Shown piece after piece: positions 56,131 through 64,000 of a stretch of 64,000 bases of DNA; positions within the stretch are counted from its first letter, which is position 1; the number at the start of each line of letters is the position of its first letter. Origin of the DNA: an uncultured Proteiniphilum sp. (GTDB lineage: Bacteria > Bacteroidota > Bacteroidia > Bacteroidales > Dysgonomonadaceae); contig CAZRRC010000007.1 in the NCBI GenBank assembly GCA_964602395.1, positions 181-64,180 on the forward strand. Reading direction: 5' to 3'. The notes under the pieces are model-generated. The model saw only the letters and a list, made by a program, of their open reading frames with translations, searched no databases and was not told the origin of the DNA. A program made the translations under genes and the position numbers.

Positions 56131-58968
56131 TTAAAATGTGCCTCTTACGCCAATGTTGTAAAGACGTGTCTGAGGCGCACTTCCTACATTCATTTCAAAA
56201 TGTTTGCGTTCCTTAGAGATGGTCAGCAAGTTATAACCACTTACGTAGAGGCTGACGCCTTTGACAAACGATCCTTGAAAAGCTGTTTCTGGCAAATCAT
56301 AGGTAAATTGTACCTGTGACAGGTTCAAACGGTCAGCATCATACATCCAGAAGTCGGAATAGCGGAAGTTGTTATCACCACTAGTGGTGGTAAGACGCGG
56401 ATAAGTAGCGCTGTTTTTCGTCTCCTCTGTCCAACGATTGCGTACGATCTCGGAATACTTGTTGTCGCTACGTACCCAATAATAGGAACTGTTTTTGATA
56501 CCTTGTCCGCCCATGTATCCGTCGGCCATGGCAAAGAAAGTAAAATTACGCCATTTGGCTGTAAAGTTGAGACCCAGACGGAAGGGAGTGTCCCAGCGGC
56601 CAAGAAATACCTCGTCGTTGGAGTCGATGGTATTGTCACCGTTCTGATCCTTATACTTGATGTCACCTGGTTTTGTTTCTCCAAACTGTTGTGAAGGAGA
56701 ATTGTCGATATCGGCTTGATCAGCGAAGAAGCCGAGATTCTGTAGTCCCCAGAGTGCGTTAAGTGGACGGCCAATCCTGGTCTGATAGGCATACTCGTAG
56801 CTTTCGTCGCGTTTGGCTGCCTCTGTTTTGGAGTACATACCACTGACACCCAGTGTCAGATCTACCTCGTTCACCTTTTTGTTCAGGTAAAGGCTAAAAT
56901 CGAATCCGCTGCGATCATCGATATTGTAATTCACGTAGGGAATGATCGAGGAAGTAGGATAGCCAACCTGAGTGAAATAGATGGGATAGAGTGAATTAAC
57001 ACGTGCGATATCCCCATCCATCTTGCCTGCAAAGTAGTTCAGGTCGAACGAGAGTAATTTATCCCAGAGTGATCCACGCAGTCCCAGGTTTAGTTCTTTT
57101 CTCTTGACAAAGGTCATGTTCGGGTTTTCACCTCGCTGGAACTCGGTGGCTGCTTCACCTCCTAGATCGGCCCAGGAGTACCATCCCCCGCGCTGCAGTA
57201 TCGATTTGTAGAGATAGTATCCCATCTCGTTATCATCGGTTGAGATATCTAAATCCTGACTAATGATACCTCCAGAAACAGTCAGCATCAGGTCGTCAAA
57301 AGCAGTATCCCCGAAGAAATCTTCTTTCATAGGACGCCAGCCAAATGTGACAGTGGGTGAAAAACCAAGCCTGTTTCCTTCGGGCAATTTGGCAGAGTAG
57401 GGAAGTGCAGCACTGAAGTCAAAGTAATATTTTTGTTGGAAATTGTAGGAAGCCTGTAGACCCAGGTTCACATTGGTCAACCGGTGATACTCTCCGCTCT
57501 CCTGTCGTTGCCACGCATTGGCTACCAGCATAGCGAACAGGTTATGGTCACTCTGGAAAGTGCGTGTATAGTCGAACTGACCAGATACATTGTAGGTATA
57601 CCGATAAGCTGAGTTGCTGATTGTCTCATTTCCAGATTTTTTATCTGTACCATATTGGGTGACACTGGCAATCATGTCACTGCCTGCATAATTGGTCCAC
57701 AATGGCTCGAAGGTTGCATATTCATTGGTGTAACCCTGATTGTAGGTCGACGCATAGTCGATGCCATACTTGGCACGGAAATGCAACCCTTCTAGCAACG
57801 ATTTCAGATTGAGGTCGAAACGACTGTTGAACTGAAACTGACGGCTTACAAACTTGTCGTTACCTGCCGCGTAGGCATCGGCAATGGGGTTCGTGGGGTT
57901 GAGCTGGGTTCCACCCAGAAAGTAGTTACCTCCAATCAGATGATTACTTGCATTGATAGTGGCCCATGAGGGGATGTCGTTTTCCTCCAGATAAGTAAGC
58001 GGAATGAGTGGTGCTACCCGGTTTGGACGAAGAGTAGCTGCGTTTGACCACCAGTCACCGCGGGCATTATAGGAGTCATAAAAGGTGACGTTCGCATCGG
58101 CCTGCACCTTGAGATATTCACGCAGGTTGACATCGAGGTTCCCACGTACAAACAGTCGGCTGACATAGTTGTCGGCGTTGTTCCCTACTTGGAGAAGGGT
58201 GTTCTCACGGGAATAGCCGGTGGTGGTATAGTAGGTCACCCGCTGATTACCACCGGAGATCTCCGCGATTGCCTCCGATCTGTTGTAGGCGTTGCGAAGA
58301 TAATCTGATGAATACATATCCAGATCCGGAAAACGATAAGGATTCTCTCCGGAAGCATGACGGTAAATATTCTCCACGCTGTAATTGGGATCCAGTCCGT
58401 CGTTCACTCGTGCTTCGTTGTATAGTGTCATGTATTCAGCCGATCCCAGATATTTTGGGAAAGATTTGGGTGTATGCATTCCGGAATTGGCACGGATACG
58501 AATAACAGGATCACCTATTTTCCCACGTTTGGTGGTGATCTGTATCACTCCCTTGGCAGCACGACTGCCGTAGAGTACTACTGCGGCCGGTCCTTTCAGT
58601 ACGGTGATATGCTGAATTTCTGTTGGGAGTACGTTGTTGGCATCACGGACCATTCCGTCGATGACCACCAGGTATTCATCCATGCCCCAGATATTTCCGT
58701 TCACACCTCCTGTCATATTCTCCACGAAGTTCAGACTATAGGTTGTGTAAGCTTTGTTTGTCATCTCTTCCACATCTATGACAGAGATGCCCCCCAGGAG
58801 GTCTTGTTTGTCCATGGTGCGAAAAGCGACCTCCACTTTTTTGTGCAGCGTATCGTTTTCCAATGTCACTTCATCTGTGTAACCCAATTGGGCGGTAGCT
58901 TGTAGTGTATTGAAAACAAAAACGATACAAATGGCGAGACCAATATATATATGTTTCATTCTTCTCAT
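56131..58968 (-). CDS. susC: SusC-family TonB-dependent transporter (second pair; short N-terminus)
   Basis: ITVLKGPAAVVLYGSRAAKGVIQITTKRG plug motif; GENPNMTF, KPGDIKYKDQNGD; C-terminal RLYNIGVRGTF. Confidence 0.95.
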   Translation of the reverse strand: MRRMKHIYIGLAICIVFVFNTLQATAQLGYTDEVTLENDTLHKKVEVAFRTMDKQDLLGGISVIDVEEMTNKAYTTYSLNFVENMTGGVNGNIWGMDEYLVVIDGMVRDANNVLPTEIQHITVLKGPAAVVLYGSRAAKGVIQITTKRGKIGDPVIRIRANSGMHTPKSFPKYLGSAEYMTLYNEARVNDGLDPNYSVENIYRHASGENPYRFPDLDMYSSDYLRNAYNRSEAIAEISGGNQRVTYYTTTGYSRENTLLQVGNNADNYVSRLFVRGNLDVNLREYLKVQADANVTFYDSYNARGDWWSNAATLRPNRVAPLIPLTYLEENDIPSWATINASNHLIGGNYFLGGTQLNPTNPIADAYAAGNDKFVSRQFQFNSRFDLNLKSLLEGLHFRAKYGIDYASTYNQGYTNEYATFEPLWTNYAGSDMIASVTQYGTDKKSGNETISNSAYRYTYNVSGQFDYTRTFQSDHNLFAMLVANAWQRQESGEYHRLTNVNLGLQASYNFQQKYYFDFSAALPYSAKLPEGNRLGFSPTVTFGWRPMKEDFFGDTAFDDLMLTVSGGIISQDLDISTDDNEMGYYLYKSILQRGGWYSWADLGGEAATEFQRGENPNMTFVKRKELNLGLRGSLWDKLLSFDLNYFAGKMDGDIARVNSLYPIYFTQVGYPTSSIIPYVNYNIDDRSGFDFSLYLNKKVNEVDLTLGVSGMYSKTEAAKRDESYEYAYQTRIGRPLNALWGLQNLGFFADQADIDNSPSQQFGETKPGDIKYKDQNGDNTIDSNDEVFLGRWDTPFRLGLNFTAKWRNFTFFAMADGYMGGQGIKNSSYYWVRSDNKYSEIVRNRWTEETKNSATYPRLTTTSGDNNFRYSDFWMYDADRLNLSQVQFTYDLPETAFQGSFVKGVSLYVSGYNLLTISKERKHFEMNVGSAPQTRLYNIGVRGTF

Positions 58969-58986
58969 TTTTTAATTGTCATTTTG

Positions 58987-60861
58987 TTACCAACCCGGGT
59001 TTTGGTAGAACTCCGGATACATGCTTACGTCGTCTGTATTGAAGGGCAGCCAGTAATGCTTGTTGGTAAGATTCCGTGTTTGGATTACCTCTTCTTTGAA
59101 ATTCAGAACAGCATTCTCCTTTGGATTTGCTTTTGGATCAAGTACTGCTGCGCGGTCAAATTCCTGTTTGGTCTTGATGTTAAATGGATATTCAGTAAGC
59201 AGAAGCCAACGACGGAGGTCATTGAAGCGGTGTCCCTCAAAGGATAGTTCTACAGCACGCTCACGGCGTAATTCGCTCATAAATCCTTCCAGGCTGGCGA
59301 TGTACTTGTCCGCAAGGGGTGCCACACCAGCACGCTCACGGATCGTGTTCAACGCTTCTGAGGCATTCTTGGCGAAATTTGATGATTTTCCAGACGGAGA
59401 GCCGTAACCCTGTGCAGCAGCCTCGGCATACATCAGGTAGACATCTGCAAGGCGCATCCAGGATAAATGGAAGTGAGTGGAATAACTGTACCCGTAGGTA
59501 TTGTCCCATATATTAGCTCCCAGTGGTATGAACTTATAGTTCAAGTATCCGGTACGGCTAACGGTACGTGGATCATTGCTGTAATTTCCTCCGGTATAGA
59601 GATTGGCATACCGCCATACTTCGTCACTGGGATTGGTAATGGTTCCTGCTACCACTTTCACGCCGTCGTAGATGATGTCATTGTAAAAGCGGGGATCTCT
59701 GTCCTTCCAGGGATGTGTTTTGTCGAAGCCCGATTCCGAATCGTTGAGTGGCAAGCCGTTCGCCATACCATAATAGTTGACATAGTTTGCAGCCGGTGCC
59801 AGCACGATTCCGTCACCCTGAGCAATGGGCGATGGCTGGTAGGAGTTCATCTGGCGCCAATAGGAATCGGGTCCATATGTTGGGCTTCGTATGATTGCTT
59901 CGCTACCACCCGGCATCAGCCAGTTTTGCTGCATGGTATAGAACAGGGAAGAGTAGTCTTCAAAATCGACCAAGGCGTATTGTGTTTGACCACTTTCCAC
60001 CATACTCAGCAATTGCCCGAACGTATCGGCTGCCTTCTTGCACATCTCCGCATCGTAGGTGCGTGGACCATTGATGCCGTTTGCCATGAGCGGGCTTCCT
60101 GCATACAAATAGGTTTTGCCGAGCATGCCTAGTGCCCATATCTTGTTGGCACGAAGGGCATTATTGCCGGAGGTGCGGCGTCCAATTTCTGTCTCATCCC
60201 AATTCACAGGCAGGAGGTCTGCAGCTCTCTGGAAATCGGCAGCCATCTTCTCTGCATTTTCCCTGTAACTCTCACGGGGCAGTGTTAGGGGTTCATCGCT
60301 GGGAAGTACGGTCTCGATATAGGGAAGACCGCCCCAGTACTGCGTCAGTTGAAAGTAGAACCAGGCACGCATAAAATATAATTGTCCGGCAATGATATCT
60401 CTTTCATCCTGGCTCGCATCGGTCATTTTTCCGTCGGCAATAGCCTGCAGTCCCATATTGGCCACGCGAATACCATACCAGGAGCCGCCCCAGACCGATT
60501 TTGCAAAACGGTCTCCTCCGGCGCTCCAGTTGCGATCGAGAAAAGAGGCGTTATTGTTAATATAATCCCGATAATTGCCTCTGTCGATGCTGAATCCCAT
60601 CAGATACTCTCCGTTACCAATGGTCACCACTTCGTCTTCACCCCAGTTAAAGGAACTGACCCAGAAATGTTTTGCCAGGTCGGGAGTAAGGTGGTACATT
60701 CTTTCCACAAACCCCTGGAAGTTCCTGAAATTTTTATAGGCATCGTCCGGTGCAATCACCGAGTCGGGCGCCTTGTCAAGATAATCGGTGCAGGAAACGA
60801 CACTCAATAGGAGTGTGGTTGCCAGTGCGTATAGATAATAGCTAAATTTTGTCTTCATCAT
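58987..60861 (-). CDS. susD: SusD/RagB-family lipoprotein (first pair)
   Basis: Lipobox VVSC; DYLDKAP, RDPRF, TGYLNYKF, MRLADVYLMYAEA, ERAVELSFEGHRFNDLRRW, QNPGW. Confidence 0.95.
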   Translation of the reverse strand: MMKTKFSYYLYALATTLLLSVVSCTDYLDKAPDSVIAPDDAYKNFRNFQGFVERMYHLTPDLAKHFWVSSFNWGEDEVVTIGNGEYLMGFSIDRGNYRDYINNNASFLDRNWSAGGDRFAKSVWGGSWYGIRVANMGLQAIADGKMTDASQDERDIIAGQLYFMRAWFYFQLTQYWGGLPYIETVLPSDEPLTLPRESYRENAEKMAADFQRAADLLPVNWDETEIGRRTSGNNALRANKIWALGMLGKTYLYAGSPLMANGINGPRTYDAEMCKKAADTFGQLLSMVESGQTQYALVDFEDYSSLFYTMQQNWLMPGGSEAIIRSPTYGPDSYWRQMNSYQPSPIAQGDGIVLAPAANYVNYYGMANGLPLNDSESGFDKTHPWKDRDPRFYNDIIYDGVKVVAGTITNPSDEVWRYANLYTGGNYSNDPRTVSRTGYLNYKFIPLGANIWDNTYGYSYSTHFHLSWMRLADVYLMYAEAAAQGYGSPSGKSSNFAKNASEALNTIRERAGVAPLADKYIASLEGFMSELRRERAVELSFEGHRFNDLRRWLLLTEYPFNIKTKQEFDRAAVLDPKANPKENAVLNFKEEVIQTRNLTNKHYWLPFNTDDVSMYPEFYQNPGW

Positions 60862-60869
60862 ATATATAA

Positions 60870-63800
60870 TTATAACGAGATTCTCAATCCCAAATTGAAA
60901 CGTTTCTGTGTTGGATACGCCGTGTTGCCACCGGTATTCGATTCCCGGTCATCTGGCATATTCGTCCATAAAAACAGGTTGTTGCCATTTGCAAACACTT
61001 TCAGACTGTTCAATCCTACTTTCTTCAGCCACTCTTCCTGGTTAAAGGTATAAGAAAGTTCTGCATATTTCAGACGGAGGTATGATCCGTCATGCAGGAA
61101 ACGGGTTCCATTGGTGAATCCGCTGGGAATGGTTCCCCATCGGGGAAGCGGCACATCGGCATTTGGATTGTCTTTCGACCAGTATGTACCTTCATTGAAG
61201 GCCGTATTTTTTACACCGCCCAGACTCTGGAGCCCCACATAACGGGTGACATTGTTTACCCCGTAAAACTGAACAAAGAAACTCCATCCTTTATAATCTA
61301 CGCCAAACTGGCTGTTTATGGTGTTTTGTGGTACACCGGTAAAACCGTAAGGTATGTTGTCGAAGGTAGAGATAATCCCATCGGCATCATAATCGAGGAT
61401 GATGAAGTTACCGGGGATACGGGCATCATCAGACTCATCGTGACCTGTTGAACCATAGAGTTCATCCCAGTTGTTATAATAGCCGTAGTCTACATGTGCA
61501 TAGGTTTGATTAATTGATTTATTGGCAGACTTTTGGTACTCGGGCTTCAGCAGGGGATCATCTGCTTCGATGATTTTATTCTCAGCATGGGTGTAAAATA
61601 CATTTCCCCAGAGGCGCCATTCGCGGTTCAGCGGTTTGTTCCAGCGTAGTTCCAGCTCGTAACCTTTTGTTTTCACTTCACCCAGGTTGGCTGTTGGCGC
61701 TGTAGCTCCATAATAAGAGGGCACCGATCGTCTGTTACCTTCCAGCAGAATATTGGTTCTGTTTTCTCTGAAGAAATCAACTGATCCCGAGATTACTCCA
61801 CCGAACAATGCATAATCGGCGGCGATGTCCAGTTTGGTGGACACCTCCCATTGCACGTTGGGGTTGCCTACTTGTGATTCATAATACCACTGATAGGGGC
61901 TTTGAGTTGGGTTGATACCGGTAAGTGCCTGATTGAAGGCACCGCCATAACCCCAGGTATCCATATAGAGCCAGCGGTTGGCAAATTCATCCCATCCAAT
62001 TTTGTCATCTCCAATCTGGCCATAAGAACCTCTGAATTTTAGCATATCCAACCAATTTAGATCGAGACTCTTGATCAGTGGTTCTTCTGAGAACATCCAA
62101 CCGAGAGCTCCAGACTGGAAGAAAGCAAACCTGTGCTCAGGAGAGAATTTTTCCGATCCGTTGTAAGCTCCATTGTATTCCAGCATGTACCGTTTGGCAT
62201 AGTCGTAAGTGGTACGGAATACCCAGTTTTCACGATATATAGGCAGATTGTTACCTCTGGAATACTGTTCACGGCTAAAGTCGCCCATGACACCCACGGA
62301 GTGTTCTCCGAATGTATTTAAATAATTGAGCTGACCGGAGTAGTTTATTCTGCGATAAGTTTGACCATTGTCGACAGATCCGGCACCAGTCATCCAGGCG
62401 ATGTTGTTCTGATAGTCAAATTTGTTATTGCCATCTACCGTAACATCGGTAAATACCTGTCCTGTCTCTGGATCGACCCATTTATGGGGATTATCTTCCC
62501 AGTCGTTGGTGTCATCGATACCGCGGTTTATTTCGCGGAAACTATTGTCAAAGGCCAGTCTCCCTTGTGCGGAAAGTCCTTTAAGCAGGAATCCCAGATC
62601 CTGTTCCAGTGTAAAGTCGGTATTGAGGCGATCGTTGGTGGTGTATCCCACACCATTCACACTGATGTCCTCCATGGAGTTGGTGGATGCCTGGGTGGGG
62701 TTGGGGTGATAGTAGCCAAATGATCCGTCGCTGTATCTGGGTCTGAACGCGTCAGGGGCTATGCCGTAGAATGCGGACCAGACCAGGTTTTCATAAGCAT
62801 TATAGTTTGTTCCCTTCGAAACAGCATGAGATCCGGAGAGATTCACCCGGAGTGTAGTCGATTTGGTCAGAGAGAAGTCCATGTTGCTTCTCACGTTGAT
62901 CCGGTCGAATCCGAAACCAGTCTTGTATCCACGGTTGTTGTCGAAATTCTTGTAGATGTCCCCTTCATGGGCATAGTCTATACTGGCAAAATATTTCACG
63001 AAGCGGGTACCACCCGATACGTTGACGTTCGCATTATAGGAGGTAGCCACATCTTTCAGCAGTTCATCCACCCAGTCTACGTTGGGATAACGTTCAAACT
63101 CTTCCAGGTTGGCAGGAAAACGGTATTTGTTGATGATATCCTGAGGTTTGATATTCGCCCATTGCTGTGGTGCATAGCCCAGTTCGTTTTCGATCACCTT
63201 GTTGCGCAGCATCAGGGCATCGTAAGAGTCCATCAACTCGGGGAGCTTGGAGTAAGTCTTCAGGGTGGTACTTACGTTGATATCCACGTTGGCTTTCCCC
63301 TCTTCCCCACGTTTGGTGGTAATCAGGATGACCCCGTTGGCACCACGCACACCAAATACGGCTGTAGCGGATGCATCTTTCAGGACAGATATGGTTGCCA
63401 CTGAATTGATATCAATACCGCTCATGGGGCGTTCAATGCCGTCGACCAAAATTAAGGGTCCACTTCCGTTCCATGAGCTGACCCCACGAATGGTGATCTC
63501 GGGATCTTCTTCACCCGGTTTTCCGGTAGTAGTCATGGTCACCACGCCGGGGAGGTTACCTGTCAGAGCCTGTCCCAGACTGGTTACCCCTCCCGTACGT
63601 TCCAGTACTTTGCTGTTGGTTTGTGCAATTGCGCCCACCACACTCTCTTTTTTCTGCTGTCCAAAACCCACTACAACCACTTCTTCCAGCATTTCCGTGT
63701 CTTCGACCATGGTAATCGACAGGGTTGTTCTTCCATTCAGGATAATGGACTGAGGTTGCATACCCACGTAAGTGACAAGTAATGTCGCGTTCGCAGGAAC

Positions 63801-64000
63801 ATTGAACAAGGTAAACCGGCCATCCAGATCGGTGACAGTGCCGGTAGATTCGCCTTTTACCTGTACGGTCACCCCGATCAGGGGTTCACCGGATGCGTCA
63901 GACACATTGCCCCTGACGGTAATGTTCTGCGCGAAAATGGATAAGGAAAATGTGCATAGCAATGCAAGGCATATTCCTTTCAATAAATTAGAAATTTTTA
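60870..64000 (-). CDS. susC: SusC-family TonB-dependent transporter (first pair; true start probably outside the window)
   Basis: N-terminal CarboxypepD_reg-like domain, EEVVVVGFG, ISVLKDASATAVFGVRGANGVILITTKRG, C-terminal YPTQKRFNLGLRISL. The ORF-track start 63983 is a TTG, and the frame stays open to position 64000 (..KISNLLKGICL). Confidence 0.95.
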   Translation of the reverse strand, partial: KISNLLKGICLALLCTFSLSIFAQNITVRGNVSDASGEPLIGVTVQVKGESTGTVTDLDGRFTLFNVPANATLLVTYVGMQPQSIILNGRTTLSITMVEDTEMLEEVVVVGFGQQKKESVVGAIAQTNSKVLERTGGVTSLGQALTGNLPGVVTMTTTGKPGEEDPEITIRGVSSWNGSGPLILVDGIERPMSGIDINSVATISVLKDASATAVFGVRGANGVILITTKRGEEGKANVDINVSTTLKTYSKLPELMDSYDALMLRNKVIENELGYAPQQWANIKPQDIINKYRFPANLEEFERYPNVDWVDELLKDVATSYNANVNVSGGTRFVKYFASIDYAHEGDIYKNFDNNRGYKTGFGFDRINVRSNMDFSLTKSTTLRVNLSGSHAVSKGTNYNAYENLVWSAFYGIAPDAFRPRYSDGSFGYYHPNPTQASTNSMEDISVNGVGYTTNDRLNTDFTLEQDLGFLLKGLSAQGRLAFDNSFREINRGIDDTNDWEDNPHKWVDPETGQVFTDVTVDGNNKFDYQNNIAWMTGAGSVDNGQTYRRINYSGQLNYLNTFGEHSVGVMGDFSREQYSRGNNLPIYRENWVFRTTYDYAKRYMLEYNGAYNGSEKFSPEHRFAFFQSGALGWMFSEEPLIKSLDLNWLDMLKFRGSYGQIGDDKIGWDEFANRWLYMDTWGYGGAFNQALTGINPTQSPYQWYYESQVGNPNVQWEVSTKLDIAADYALFGGVISGSVDFFRENRTNILLEGNRRSVPSYYGATAPTANLGEVKTKGYELELRWNKPLNREWRLWGNVFYTHAENKIIEADDPLLKPEYQKSANKSINQTYAHVDYGYYNNWDELYGSTGHDESDDARIPGNFIILDYDADGIISTFDNIPYGFTGVPQNTINSQFGVDYKGWSFFVQFYGVNNVTRYVGLQSLGGVKNTAFNEGTYWSKDNPNADVPLPRWGTIPSGFTNGTRFLHDGSYLRLKYAELSYTFNQEEWLKKVGLNSLKVFANGNNLFLWTNMPDDRESNTGGNTAYPTQKRFNLGLRISL

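Noticed and set aside
64-63753. All other short ORFs in the six-frame track
   Set aside because: They overlap longer, motif-supported minus-strand genes; none occupies free intergenic space except the GH115 remnant.
1-64000. CRISPR arrays, tRNA/rRNA, IS elements, integrases, invertible promoters
   Set aside because: No regularly spaced repeats, RNA gene signatures, transposase or recombinase ORFs, or promoter-flanking inverted repeat pairs were seen; intergenic space is too small to hide them.

Overview
The whole 64 kb window is one very large Bacteroidales polysaccharide utilization locus (PUL) for decorated xylan (glucuronoarabinoxylan type). Every real gene is on the minus strand, and the locus runs off both window edges. 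In transcription order (high to low coordinates) it holds: tandem susC-susD-susC-susD, a surface glycan-binding lipoprotein, a CBM4-interrupted GH10 xylanase (the conserved xus/xyn10C core), a terminator, GH5_21, GH43_10, GH8, a GH43-CE6 fusion, GH31, GH97, GH95, a multimodular GH3, a hybrid two-component regulator, GH43_12, CBM48-CE1, GH43_29-CBM6, GH97, GH146/127, GH43_29, GH31, GH29, GH2, a DUF1593-CE15 fusion, an internally deleted GH115 remnant, a CE20-type esterase, a GPH/MFS transporter, GH10, GH43_1 and a GH67 that is missing from the ORF track because the edge cuts it. The most unusual items are: (1) a secreted nucleoside-hydrolase-like DUF1593 domain fused to a CE15 esterase whose oxyanion Arg is replaced by Phe; (2) a 113-aa ORF that is the N- and C-termini of a GH115 alpha-glucuronidase joined in frame, still stop/start-coupled to the next gene; (3) a degenerate second copy of the CE15 3' end next to a perfect 15-bp inverted repeat; and (4) four esterase families in one locus. 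All family and subfamily calls come from motif recognition by eye, not from database searches. No RNA genes, CRISPR arrays or mobile elements were seen.
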